In this document: positions 55,469 to 63,927 of the stretch, in pieces
Position numbering within the stretch: position 1 is the first letter of the stretch
Layout: the number at the start of each line of letters is the position of its first letter
NCBI GenBank assembly: GCA_963698075.1
Contig: OY969116.1
Span: 83,881 to 147,880 of the forward strand
DNA from: an uncultured Candidatus Berkelbacteria bacterium
GTDB taxonomy: Bacteria; Patescibacteriota; UBA1384; UBA12157; JAENIV01
Reading direction: 5' to 3'
DNA length: 64,000 nt
Position numbers and translations under genes: made by a program
The notes under the pieces: generated by a model
What the model saw: only the letters and a program-made list of their open reading frames with translations
The model's database searches: none
Told to the model about the DNA's origin: nothing

Positions 55469-55474
55469 AGCAAG

Positions 55475-55925
55475 CGTAAAGTGGAAGGCCAGCCCTGTTT
55501 AAGGCGAGAAAGGGGGCGACGATGTGCGGCCTTTCTACTAAGGGACAAGTTGTCCGTCCCATCTGAGGGGAACGCGGTGAGCCCGGCCCAATCGTCTGGC
55601 GGCTCCCACGAAAGTGAGCCGTATCCGATCTGGGACCAGTAATGTGGTTCATCGGACCCTCAGACCAAGGGACACAACCTGCGTTTGGACGCGGAGGGCC
55701 GCCGGAAGGCGTGTCGTCCCAACAGGTCGCCGATCATGGCGACCGATGTCCTGCCACGGTGAACGCGGGGCTGAAATCCGCTGGGCTAAGGCCCGAGCGG
55801 ATTACCGCCGCACTATCACCCCCTGGTTAGGACTAGAAGTCTTCCAGCCCACGGCTGGAAGGACAACAGAATAGACGTCATTGACAGCCTCGCTGGTATT
55901 CCAGCGGGGCTGTTCTAATATTACA
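55475..55925 (+). ncRNA. unclassified GC-rich structured RNA candidate, ~450 nt, at the edge of a GC-rich island
   Basis: 12-bp terminator-like hairpin CAGCCTCGCTGG-TATTC-CCAGCGGGGCTG (55885-55913) plus a T-rich run; no credible ORF. Confidence 0.3.
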
Positions 55926-55934
55926 AAACAGGCC

Positions 55935-56204
55935 TCAACCGGAATGGTCGAGGCCAGGGGTTTTGTTCGCTCGGATGGCTCGGCTGAGGGTTTGGGGGAA
56001 GGAAGAATCGGGGGTGTCGTCGTAGCTGGCGAGGATGGCGAGCTGATTCGGGGTTAAGTGCCGTAGATCGGTGGTGATACAATCAATCCCTTGGGTTTGC
56101 GCTCGATTGACGACAGTTGCGAGATGCCGGACTTGGTCGGCATCGAGACGATTATGGTTGCGATGACGGCGCACAATATCCTCCCGCCCCGAAATGATAT
56201 ACAA
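55935..56204 (-). CDS. hypothetical protein (89 aa), GC-rich island
   Basis: ORF only. Confidence 0.3.
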   Translation of the reverse strand: MYIISGREDIVRRHRNHNRLDADQVRHLATVVNRAQTQGIDCITTDLRHLTPNQLAILASYDDTPDSSFPQTLSRAIRANKTPGLDHSG

Positions 56205-56283
56205 GTATTATATAAAAACTGTGGGTAAAATACAACCCCGTTAGATGTGGATCTATCTAACGGGGCAGTCATTCGATTCGCAA

Positions 56284-56427
56284 CTAGCGGGATCGGTAGC
56301 GCTCGTCAAGGATTGAAAGGGCGGTTTGCTCAATATCGCCTGAGGCTTCCAAACGGTTGAGGTTGGCTCTAAGATCATCTGGATCCATGATAATCTGGCT
56401 TGGCGTGGCGGCGAGCCTCGCTTTCAT
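56284..56427 (-). CDS. small protein (47 aa from the internal Met) coupled by an ATGA overlap to the upstream small ORF
   Basis: ATGA overlap at 56424-56427; followed on the minus strand by terminator 56234-56263. Confidence 0.3.
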   Translation of the reverse strand: MKARLAATPSQIIMDPDDLRANLNRLEASGDIEQTALSILDERYRSR

Positions 56428-56675
56428 TTCCTCGAGCCGCTCGGCAATCGTCGGCGTCGTCTTCGCGGGCATCGTGGTTTCCTCCTGTCTTTCTTTAATC
56501 TTTCCGCCTCCGTCTTTAGGAGTTCCTCGACCAACTCACAGAGGTGTGGAAACTCCATACCAGGCAGTTTAGCCACCACCTCTTCCGGAAGTTCTCCGAG
56601 CAGTTCGAGCGAAATGATGAGCTCAAACTGTCGGGCGAAAGCTTGGGCTTCGACAAGAATTTCGTTTCGTCTCAT
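56424..56675 (-). CDS. small helical protein (83 aa) with an Arg-rich C-terminus
   Basis: ORF; forms a two-gene module with 56284-56427. Confidence 0.3.
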   Translation of the reverse strand: MRRNEILVEAQAFARQFELIISLELLGELPEEVVAKLPGMEFPHLCELVEELLKTEAERLKKDRRKPRCPRRRRRRLPSGSRK

Positions 56676-57384
56676 CTCGCTCTCCTCCTCGGGTTTTCCA
56701 AAAAACCTTCGCGCGGAGCGAAGGTTTCCTCGATGATCTACATTTTAGCAAAAAGAAAACTACCTCCGGCTCGCGCCGCTTCTAGCATGGGCAGTCTTCT
56801 TTTGCATGTTGCGTAGATTCATCTTGATTTAAGCGTACTATATTATAAATCTTTTTGTCAAGTGGAACCCCGCTCGAGCTGATGCTTGAGCGGGGGATGG
56901 GGATGTATTCGTCGGTCTAGGTGCATCGAAGTAGTTCTCTGACTAATCGGACGAATTCATGGTCGTCGGTTATGTTCATCAGATCGGCGGCCTTATTGTC
57001 GCTGACCGAATTGGCGATGGGGAAAAGATGATGCGAGGCGGCGCGGTCAAGGAAGTCAGCCATAACATCAGAAACAGTCTCTTTCCTCTTTCGGATAGCA
57101 GGATTGCTTTTCTTACACACCGGATTCCTCCTTAGGGTTAGTCAGTTTGATTATAGAGGAAGTCTAGCTTAAAGCAAATCGCCTTGACTTTTCGGCTAGA
57201 ATATGATACACTAATAAAGTTTCGAACCTTAACCACTTCTATTTCTCCTTGGAGGGAATCTGACTATCTATGAACTCTTGAGGTAGTCAGTTTCCCTCTT
57301 AGGGAGGGCTTCCGTGTCCATAGTGGCACGAGAAGAATTCCGACCGCACCACGAGAAAACTCGTGGCGGAAAAGGAAATGCAGG

Positions 57385-57948
57385 ATGTCAGCAACGATGC
57401 GGGTCTATGTGCGGCCAGCCCACCTTCCTCGCGAAGAATGGCCAAAGGCCGACAAGGGCAAGCCGTTCGAGCTAGATGGACTTACGTTCGAGCGCGATGA
57501 GAAGGGTTTACACTATAGCTGGAAGCCCTTCCTTCCGGTCCGGAGAACCCCGTTCATCAACCCGGATGAGGCCCTCTGGTATGCCACTGTTCATGATCGA
57601 TGGACGCCATTAGTCCATCGCGCCACCGGTCTGTATGGCTCGCTAGAACAGGGAGCCGAAGCGGTCCTCGATCAGGAAGGGCCAGAAGGATCTTCGATGT
57701 ACGTCCTCGAAGTTTGGGGGAGGAACCCCGATCGTGTCGTAGATCTGTGGCAAGACATCCGGACCGGCAAAGCCGTACCACGAGTGCCGTTCGGAGGACC
57801 AGCTGACATATCGACGATCGAGCAGCTGATCACCGAGGGCCTCCAGACGGATGGTGGGCATCACAAGCAGTGGTATCTCGAACAGATCGCAGTCGCCCTC
57901 GGCATCAACCTGGATGGCATTCAGCGGGAACCCGGAATCCCCGCCTAA
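57385..57948 (+). CDS. GC-rich hypothetical protein (187 aa)
   Basis: ORF with an upstream GGAAATG context; unknown family. Confidence 0.4.
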   Translation: MSATMRVYVRPAHLPREEWPKADKGKPFELDGLTFERDEKGLHYSWKPFLPVRRTPFINPDEALWYATVHDRWTPLVHRATGLYGSLEQGAEAVLDQEGPEGSSMYVLEVWGRNPDRVVDLWQDIRTGKAVPRVPFGGPADISTIEQLITEGLQTDGGHHKQWYLEQIAVALGINLDGIQREPGIPA

Positions 57949-58098
57949 CTGTTGAGGAACCTAGGGGCAGGCCGCATAAAGGGCGACCTGCCCCTCCCAC
58001 TCCCATCTTCGAGATTTATTCTGGAAGGTGGAAGCGGGAGATTAACAACCGAAAAACACGCCCAGCAACCCGGAAGGGTATGGGTATGGAGAGCAGAA

Positions 58099-58410
58099 AT
58101 GAGTCAGAAGGTGGCTTTAGTGTTGATCCTCGTGATCGTGTCTTGCGTCATCGTGACGGTTGCGGGGTCGGCAACTCATCCGACACCGACATCAGAACCT
58201 GGGACGGTTTATCACCAACTGGTGCCCGTCCCACCATCCACCCCGCCGCAGCTCGAGCAAACCTGTGAATTTGCGACGTGGGACACGCTCAAGTTGATTC
58301 TGGCCAAGAAAACGAGCGAAGGATGGGAGCTGACAGCCGCGATGGTTGACAACCAGTATGCGATGGTTGACAACCAGTATTATGTCCTTTTCTTCAAGCG
58401 CTATCGCTAG
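58099..58410 (+). CDS. small membrane protein carrying a perfect 21-bp in-frame tandem duplication (AMVDNQY x2)
   Basis: ATG after GGAGAG; the duplication GCGATGGTTGACAACCAGTAT occurs at 58339-58359 and 58360-58380. Confidence 0.4.
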   Translation: MSQKVALVLILVIVSCVIVTVAGSATHPTPTSEPGTVYHQLVPVPPSTPPQLEQTCEFATWDTLKLILAKKTSEGWELTAAMVDNQYAMVDNQYYVLFFKRYR

Positions 58411-58540
58411 CCGGGCCGAAAGGCCCAAGACTTGCCCGGACGACATCTTGTCCGGGCCCCACTCCCATCTTCGAGAGAAATCCGCCAACCGGCGGACTGG
58501 AAGGTGGAAGCGGGATGAAACCAAACAGGAGGTCACTGAA

Positions 58541-58699
58541 GTGACACTTTTGATCTTGATTACGCTGGCTTGCCTTGTCTACACGATCATCGCCCGGATC
58601 AGGGACCACAGTTGGAATACCGGGCTACTTATCTGCTCGGGATTCTGGGTGTTGGTGACAATCTCGTTCCTGATTTCTGGCACAGGACATCACAAGTGA
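58541..58699 (+). CDS. small membrane protein (52 aa), GTG start after AGGAGG
   Basis: shares a conserved 5' leader motif with 58099-58410. Confidence 0.35.
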   Translation: MTLLILITLACLVYTIIARIRDHSWNTGLLICSGFWVLVTISFLISGTGHHK

Positions 58700-59271
58700 A
58701 TTCATGCCCAGCAAGCCGTGAGGCTATGGGGAAGGGAAACGAAATATGGGTTGGAGGGATGAGATGCCACTAGTCCATGAGGTTGGAGATCAAGTCAGGA
58801 TGTGCGAATCGTGGCTCGTTACTATCTACGGGGAAGGCCCATTCAGGGTGGTGGCGGTCGAAGACGTACCGGACTACTCTCTTGCCGGGGTGGGCCACCC
58901 ACAATGGGTCGACGTCCGACTTCCCGACGGTAGAACTGCGCGGTTTTCAGGAAAGCTCCTTTGTCCTGTAACTCCGCTCCCGCGGAAATCGCCCAGACGG
59001 CTTCGACGCGAAGATCATCTTCGACGTCGGGGACGAGCATGACCGGGCCGCAAGGCCCACAAGACAGCCGTCGTGGCAATCGCTACGGCGGCTTCGTCAT
59101 ATTAACCCCAAATTCCACTCTGTAAAAAAGAGTTTATATCTAATACTCTGAAAGTGCTGGAGCACTCTCAGAGTATATTCAAGTCCTATTTTGGATTTTA
59201 TTTTTGAGGAATCGTTCTCTTTAAACAACAAATCATAGGATCGCAAAGAGTATGACTTATCAATTTCTATT

Positions 59272-59625
59272 TCACTCAATCCGGTGCTCTTCAAACTCAA
59301 CGCGCTTATTCCAGACGAGCTCGGCAATCTGCCTCTGGCGCGGGGTCAGTTGGGAATTAGAACTTTTGAACTCAATAAAAACGATTTTATCATCGCAAAA
59401 TTGAATGCCGTCGATTGGCGTGCCGATGAAGCGGAAATTGCCCGGCTCATAAGGGTAGTCTTTCAAAAACGGCATAAATTGCTCGGTCATTTTGCCGTAT
59501 TTGGAAGAAAGTGAGTTTTTGGAAAAAGCGACTTCAGCATGACGGGCACTCACCCGCCGCCATAATATAAATAGTAGAATGACGAGAAAGGAAAGAATGA
59601 TAATGATTTCAATCGAGATTGACAC
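59272..59625 (-). CDS. membrane-anchored small protein with a PD-(D/E)xK-like (IEFK) nuclease-fold hint
   Basis: N-terminal TM; DDKIVFIEFKSSNSQLTPRQRQ. Confidence 0.35.
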   Translation of the reverse strand: MSISIEIIIILSFLVILLFILWRRVSARHAEVAFSKNSLSSKYGKMTEQFMPFLKDYPYEPGNFRFIGTPIDGIQFCDDKIVFIEFKSSNSQLTPRQRQIAELVWNKRVEFEEHRIE

Positions 59626-59644
59626 AATTCCTCCTTAGAGTCGG

Positions 59645-59780
59645 CTCGCTTATACCCGTCAAAAGATGCCGGCACTACGATTGCTCCAGCGCGCAATCGG
59701 TGCCTGCGCTCTCGGCCAAAAACCCGCCGCTTCGCTCTGGGACCGTGCTTTTTGGCCTGCGAGAGCCACTTTTGAGGGCA
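59645..59780 (+). repeat. ~150-nt structured MITE/REP-like repeat, copy A
   Basis: terminal inverted repeat CGTCAAAAG / CTTTTGAGG; internal hairpins CGATTGC-N8-GCAATCG and GGCCAAAAA...TTTTTGGCC. Confidence 0.5.
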
Positions 59781-59920
59781 TTAAGCTCGCCTCCTTTTAA
59801 TAGTATCGGTTCTAAAGAATCTATTTTAAAAGTTGAAGCCCAAATTAAATTACCTAAACTTTCTAATAACTCCACGCATTTACCCCGTTTGATACGAAGT
59901 TATCTAACGGGGCCCTCCAT

Positions 59921-60517
59921 TTATCTAAATTTTCTTATCACTCCCCTAACTCGTCCCTGTATCATCACTTTTTTAACTCGTATCGGACCGTATTTTGGGT
60001 TGGACGGTTGCAAGCGGACATGGTCTTTTTCTTTGTAAAATCTTTTCAAAGTGGCATTTTCGTTATCGAGTAAAGCCACCACAATATCGCCGTTATTGGG
60101 GGTGGCAGTTTGCTCAATAATAATATAGTCGCCGTCAAAAATCCCCTCTTCAATCATCGAATCGCCGCGCACTTTTAGGGCAAAAACGTTTTTGCCCATC
60201 ATATCTTTGGGAATATCAATCGTTTCGTTGGTTCTTATCGCTTCAATCGGCGAACCAGCGGCAATGAGGCCCATTAAAGGAATTTCGAAAGTTCGCTCGT
60301 CCCAACGAGGGGTCAATTGTAGCGATCGGGCCTCGTTAAAATCTTTAGTGAGAAAACCTTTCGCTTTCAAATTTTCCAAATGCACCGCTACGGTGGCAAC
60401 TGACCCCAAGTGGAATTTTTCCGCAATCTCGCGAAAAGAAGGGGCATAATCGCGAGTTTCGATAAAATCAGAGATAAAATCTAAGATTTCTTTTTGTCGT
60501 TTGGTTAAATGTTCCAT
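59921..60517 (-). CDS. lexA: LexA repressor
   Basis: N-terminal wHTH; GDSM (catalytic Ser), LKRF (Lys); Ala-Gly cleavage site. Confidence 0.9.
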   Translation of the reverse strand: MEHLTKRQKEILDFISDFIETRDYAPSFREIAEKFHLGSVATVAVHLENLKAKGFLTKDFNEARSLQLTPRWDERTFEIPLMGLIAAGSPIEAIRTNETIDIPKDMMGKNVFALKVRGDSMIEEGIFDGDYIIIEQTATPNNGDIVVALLDNENATLKRFYKEKDHVRLQPSNPKYGPIRVKKVMIQGRVRGVIRKFR

Positions 60518-60681
60518 GTTTCTCTCCTAGATATCGCCTCGGGTCATGGCGCTCGCTTTCAGCCACCCTAGCCAACCTATTCGTCTACTTCCGATTCGCC
60601 TCGCGCCTGGCTGCGGCGAAATCGGAGCGTAGACTCAACCGGCATTTCGCTCGGCCACTCCCCTTGGCTCAGATAATAATA

Positions 60682-60734
60682 GTTCTTATTTTGTTCGCTA
60701 ATTTAATCATACGAACAAAAAGCGAACTTGTCAA
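60682..60734 (-). promoter_or_regulatory. lexA promoter (TTGACA-17-TATGAT on the minus strand) with two GTTC-N7-GTTC direct-repeat boxes
   Basis: minus-strand -35 at 60729-60734 and -10 at 60706-60711; boxes GTTCTTATTTTGTTC (60682-60696, plus strand) and GTTCGCTTTTTGTTC (reverse complement of 60713-60727). Confidence 0.5.
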
Positions 60735-60767
60735 GTACTAAGTTGTGGATAACTTTTAGACCGGGAA

Positions 60768-62081
60768 CTATTTACTAAATCTTTTTTTGAGAACCTCGAT
60801 GAGACGTTTCTGGGAAATCGTCTCTTGGGAGCCGGAATCCATATCTTTAAAAATGACACTTTTATCAATGGCTTCCCGCTGACCGATTATCAAGCAGACT
60901 TGGGCGCCAAGTTTACTGGCCGATCTGAGTTGGCCCTTAAAAGAATCTTTGCCAATTATCGTTGAGGCCCGGAACCCTTCATTATCGAGCATGACGGCAA
61001 TAGCTAAGGCCTGTTTGCGGGCCCTCTCGCCTAATTGGACCAGACAAATATCGGTTAATTTTTCTTCTTTGATATTGATATTGCTTTGTTTAATTGCCTC
61101 AATAATGCGCTCCACACCAGCGGCCCAACCAATTGCCGGGGTGGCCGGACCTCCCAGCAGTTTGATTAAATCATCATAGCGTCCGCCGCCAATTAAAGTG
61201 CGCTGGCGGGTTTTATCGTTCGCTTCATAAATTTCAAAAACGGTGCGAGTGTAATAATCTAAGCCTCTGACCAAACGAGAATTGAGGTTGTAGGGAATAT
61301 CCAAGAAATCAAGGCCCTCGAGGACTTCTTTAAAATGACTTTTGCAAAGCTCGCATAAAAGATCAACCAGTTGCGGAGCGCCAGCGATGATTTTTTGGCA
61401 TTTTTCTTCTTTGCAGTCCAAAATCCTTAAAGGATTCTCAATAAATCGGCGATTACAATCCGGACAAAGAGCCGGCAAGAAATTTTGGAAATATTCGATC
61501 AATTTTTTCTTCATTTTCGGCCGGCAATTACTGCAGCCGATGCTGTTGATATCAACAACGAGGGTGGTTTTAAGGCCGGTTTTTTTCAAAATCTGCCAGG
61601 CAAGATAAATGGTGTTGATGTCGGCCAGCGCGCTATCATCGCCAATAATTTCTGCGCCAAATTGATTATGAATGCGAAAGCGTCCCGCTTGCGGTCGTTC
61701 ATAGCGGAAAGCCGGTCCCCAATACCAAAGTTTCACCGGCTGGGGCCAACTTATCATCCCATTTTCTAAATAAGCCCGGACAACGCCAGCAGTATATTCG
61801 GGTCTTAAAACCATCATCCGCGTATCATCGGCATCGAGCGGCTCATTGGCAATACTTGAGGCCTGGCGGACTTCAAACATTTCTTTATCAACAATATCAG
61901 TTCCTTTACCAATGGCGCGAGTATATATCTCGACATATTCAAAAATCGGTGTCTCGATCCTTTTAGCGCCGAAAACGCCAAAATTTTGGCGGACCAAATC
62001 AAAAAGATAGAACCAATATTTTTGGTCATCGGGTAAGATATCTTTGGTGCCACGAGGGGCTTGAAGATTTGCTTTAGCCAT
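60768..62081 (-). CDS. hisS: histidine--tRNA ligase
   Basis: class II aaRS motifs; 437 aa; MAKANLQAPRGTKDILP. Confidence 0.9.
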   Translation of the reverse strand: MAKANLQAPRGTKDILPDDQKYWFYLFDLVRQNFGVFGAKRIETPIFEYVEIYTRAIGKGTDIVDKEMFEVRQASSIANEPLDADDTRMMVLRPEYTAGVVRAYLENGMISWPQPVKLWYWGPAFRYERPQAGRFRIHNQFGAEIIGDDSALADINTIYLAWQILKKTGLKTTLVVDINSIGCSNCRPKMKKKLIEYFQNFLPALCPDCNRRFIENPLRILDCKEEKCQKIIAGAPQLVDLLCELCKSHFKEVLEGLDFLDIPYNLNSRLVRGLDYYTRTVFEIYEANDKTRQRTLIGGGRYDDLIKLLGGPATPAIGWAAGVERIIEAIKQSNINIKEEKLTDICLVQLGERARKQALAIAVMLDNEGFRASTIIGKDSFKGQLRSASKLGAQVCLIIGQREAIDKSVIFKDMDSGSQETISQKRLIEVLKKRFSK

Positions 62082-62127
62082 TTCTATCTAATGATAAGGG
62101 ATTTTTAAGAAGAGGTCAAGAGGGGTC

Positions 62128-62275
62128 GCTCGCCAGTATCCGTCAAAAGATGCCGGCACTACGATTGCTCCAGCGCGCAATCGGTGCCTGCGATCTCGGC
62201 CAAAAATCCTCGGACTACCTCGGAGCCATGCTTTTTGGCCTGCGATAGCCACTTTTGAGGATACACGGCTCGCTT
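62128..62275 (+). repeat. ~150-nt structured MITE/REP-like repeat, copy B
   Basis: about 90% identical to copy A. Confidence 0.5.
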
Positions 62276-62424
62276 TATACAAGAGCCGAGGGGAGCCCCT
62301 GAACGAATGGCGGTCTCGACTGCGTTCATTATCGATGAGCCAGGCGCGAATTGATAAGGAAGCAGTCGAGTAGGTCGGTTAGGGAGCCTGAATGTGAACG
62401 GGGCGACCCGAGGCGAAATATTAA

Positions 62425-63927
62425 TTATATCGTCCTTACTCTCAACGCCCGGCGGATGTGGGAGCGGGCTAAAGAAGTTTTGGCAATTCCAAGCCAATCA
62501 CGTTTGGGGCCAGAGGGCCTTTTTGATTTCAGAATTTCGATAATATCGCCGTTTCGTAAGGGAGTAGAAAGACTTGTCATCTTGCCATTAATTTTTGCGC
62601 CGACACAAGAATTGCCGAGCTCCGAATGAATCGTATAGGCAAAGTCAATCGGCGTTGCCCCCGCCGGCAGATCTTTGACGTCACCTCTAGGAGTGTAGAC
62701 AAAAATCCGATCCGAGAAAAAATCCACTTGAATATCATTTTGGAATTGACGATTATCTCGGGAGAGTGCTTGCCAACGGGCTAACTCTTTAACCCAGCGG
62801 ATATCTTCATGGGGAGCGCGTTTGATTTTCTTTAAAATATAATCCAAAGTGCCTTTGGTTTCGGCGTAATGCCAACCGGCGGCAATGCCGTTTTCTGCTT
62901 GCTGGTGCATTGCTCGGGTGCGAATTTGAAATTCCACGATCCGGCCATCCAGACAAAAAACCGTCGTGTGGAGCGATTGGTAACCGTTGGGCTTGGGCAT
63001 GGCAATATAGTCTTTAATTCGGCCAACTAAGGGTTTCCATTGCTCATGAATTATCCCCAAAACTTTATAACAATCGGCGACAGACGAAACTACCACTCGC
63101 AAAGCCACCAAATCGTAGATACGGGTCAAATCATTGTCATAACGCTGGAGCTTACGCCACAAAGAATAAAGATGCTTGGCCCGACCATTGATTTCTGCCT
63201 TTATCCCTTCATTAGCGAGCCGGCGAATTAAATATTTTTTGACCTTTTCTAAATAGCGCGTCCGTTCTTCGAAAGCGTCTTTGATTTGTTTTTTGAGCCA
63301 TTGGTACTCGTCCGGATAAATGTAGGGAAAAGCCAAATCCTCAAGTTGGCCTTTGAGCTCACCCATGCCCAAACGATAAGCCAAGGGAGCATAAATTTCG
63401 AGAGTCTCTTTAGCAATTCTTAATCGTTTTTCCCCTTCAACACCTTCCAGCGTTTTCATGTTGTGAAGTCGATCAGCCAGTTTAATGATGACCACGCGAA
63501 TATCACGGGCCATGGCGACAAACATCTTCCGCAAAGTTTCGACTTGGCGATCAAAACTCTCGATCTCTTCTTTATTTTTGAAAATAAACCAGCGACGAGT
63601 AATCCGGATCCTGCCTAATTTGGTGACGCCGTCAACCAAATTAGCCACGGTTTTGCCAAATTCTTTTTGGACTGTGGCGAGCGGGATACTAGCATCTTCA
63701 ATGCAATCATGTAAAACCGCGGCGATGATGGTCGCTTCATCAAGTTTCAAATCGGCAATGTAAATAGCAGTTTCTAAACAATGTTTAAGATAAGGCTCGC
63801 CCGTATGACGCTTCTGCGTCAAATGTGCATGCCGAGCAAATTCGCAAGCGCGCAGAATTTCCTTTTGCTCATTGGGGTTGAGATATTTAATTTTAGATTT
63901 TAAAGCGGTTAAAGATAGCTGTGGCAT
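62425..63927 (-). CDS. RelA/SpoT-family (p)ppGpp synthetase/hydrolase (short form, 500 aa)
   Basis: HD hydrolase HDCIEDA; synthetase domain; TGS. Confidence 0.85.
   Translation of the reverse strand: MPQLSLTALKSKIKYLNPNEQKEILRACEFARHAHLTQKRHTGEPYLKHCLETAIYIADLKLDEATIIAAVLHDCIEDASIPLATVQKEFGKTVANLVDGVTKLGRIRITRRWFIFKNKEEIESFDRQVETLRKMFVAMARDIRVVIIKLADRLHNMKTLEGVEGEKRLRIAKETLEIYAPLAYRLGMGELKGQLEDLAFPYIYPDEYQWLKKQIKDAFEERTRYLEKVKKYLIRRLANEGIKAEINGRAKHLYSLWRKLQRYDNDLTRIYDLVALRVVVSSVADCYKVLGIIHEQWKPLVGRIKDYIAMPKPNGYQSLHTTVFCLDGRIVEFQIRTRAMHQQAENGIAAGWHYAETKGTLDYILKKIKRAPHEDIRWVKELARWQALSRDNRQFQNDIQVDFFSDRIFVYTPRGDVKDLPAGATPIDFAYTIHSELGNSCVGAKINGKMTSLSTPLRNGDIIEILKSKRPSGPKRDWLGIAKTSLARSHIRRALRVRTI

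Noticed and set aside
55700-55800. 16S rRNA fragment (GCCACGGTGAA...ACCGCC.CAC resembles the helix-44 region)
   Set aside because: Only about 12 plus 12 matching nt with the wrong spacing. There is no other rRNA similarity.
59619-60038. ORFs 59619-60038 (+), 59675-59875 (-) and 62159-62497 (-) sharing the C-terminus ...AGTDCALEQS
   Set aside because: They are created by the repeated MITE-like element, not independent genes.
38500-62275. CRISPR array formed by the three 150-nt repeats
   Set aside because: The copies are tens of kb apart, in mixed orientation, 150 nt long and internally structured. They have no regular repeat-spacer periodicity and no cas genes.
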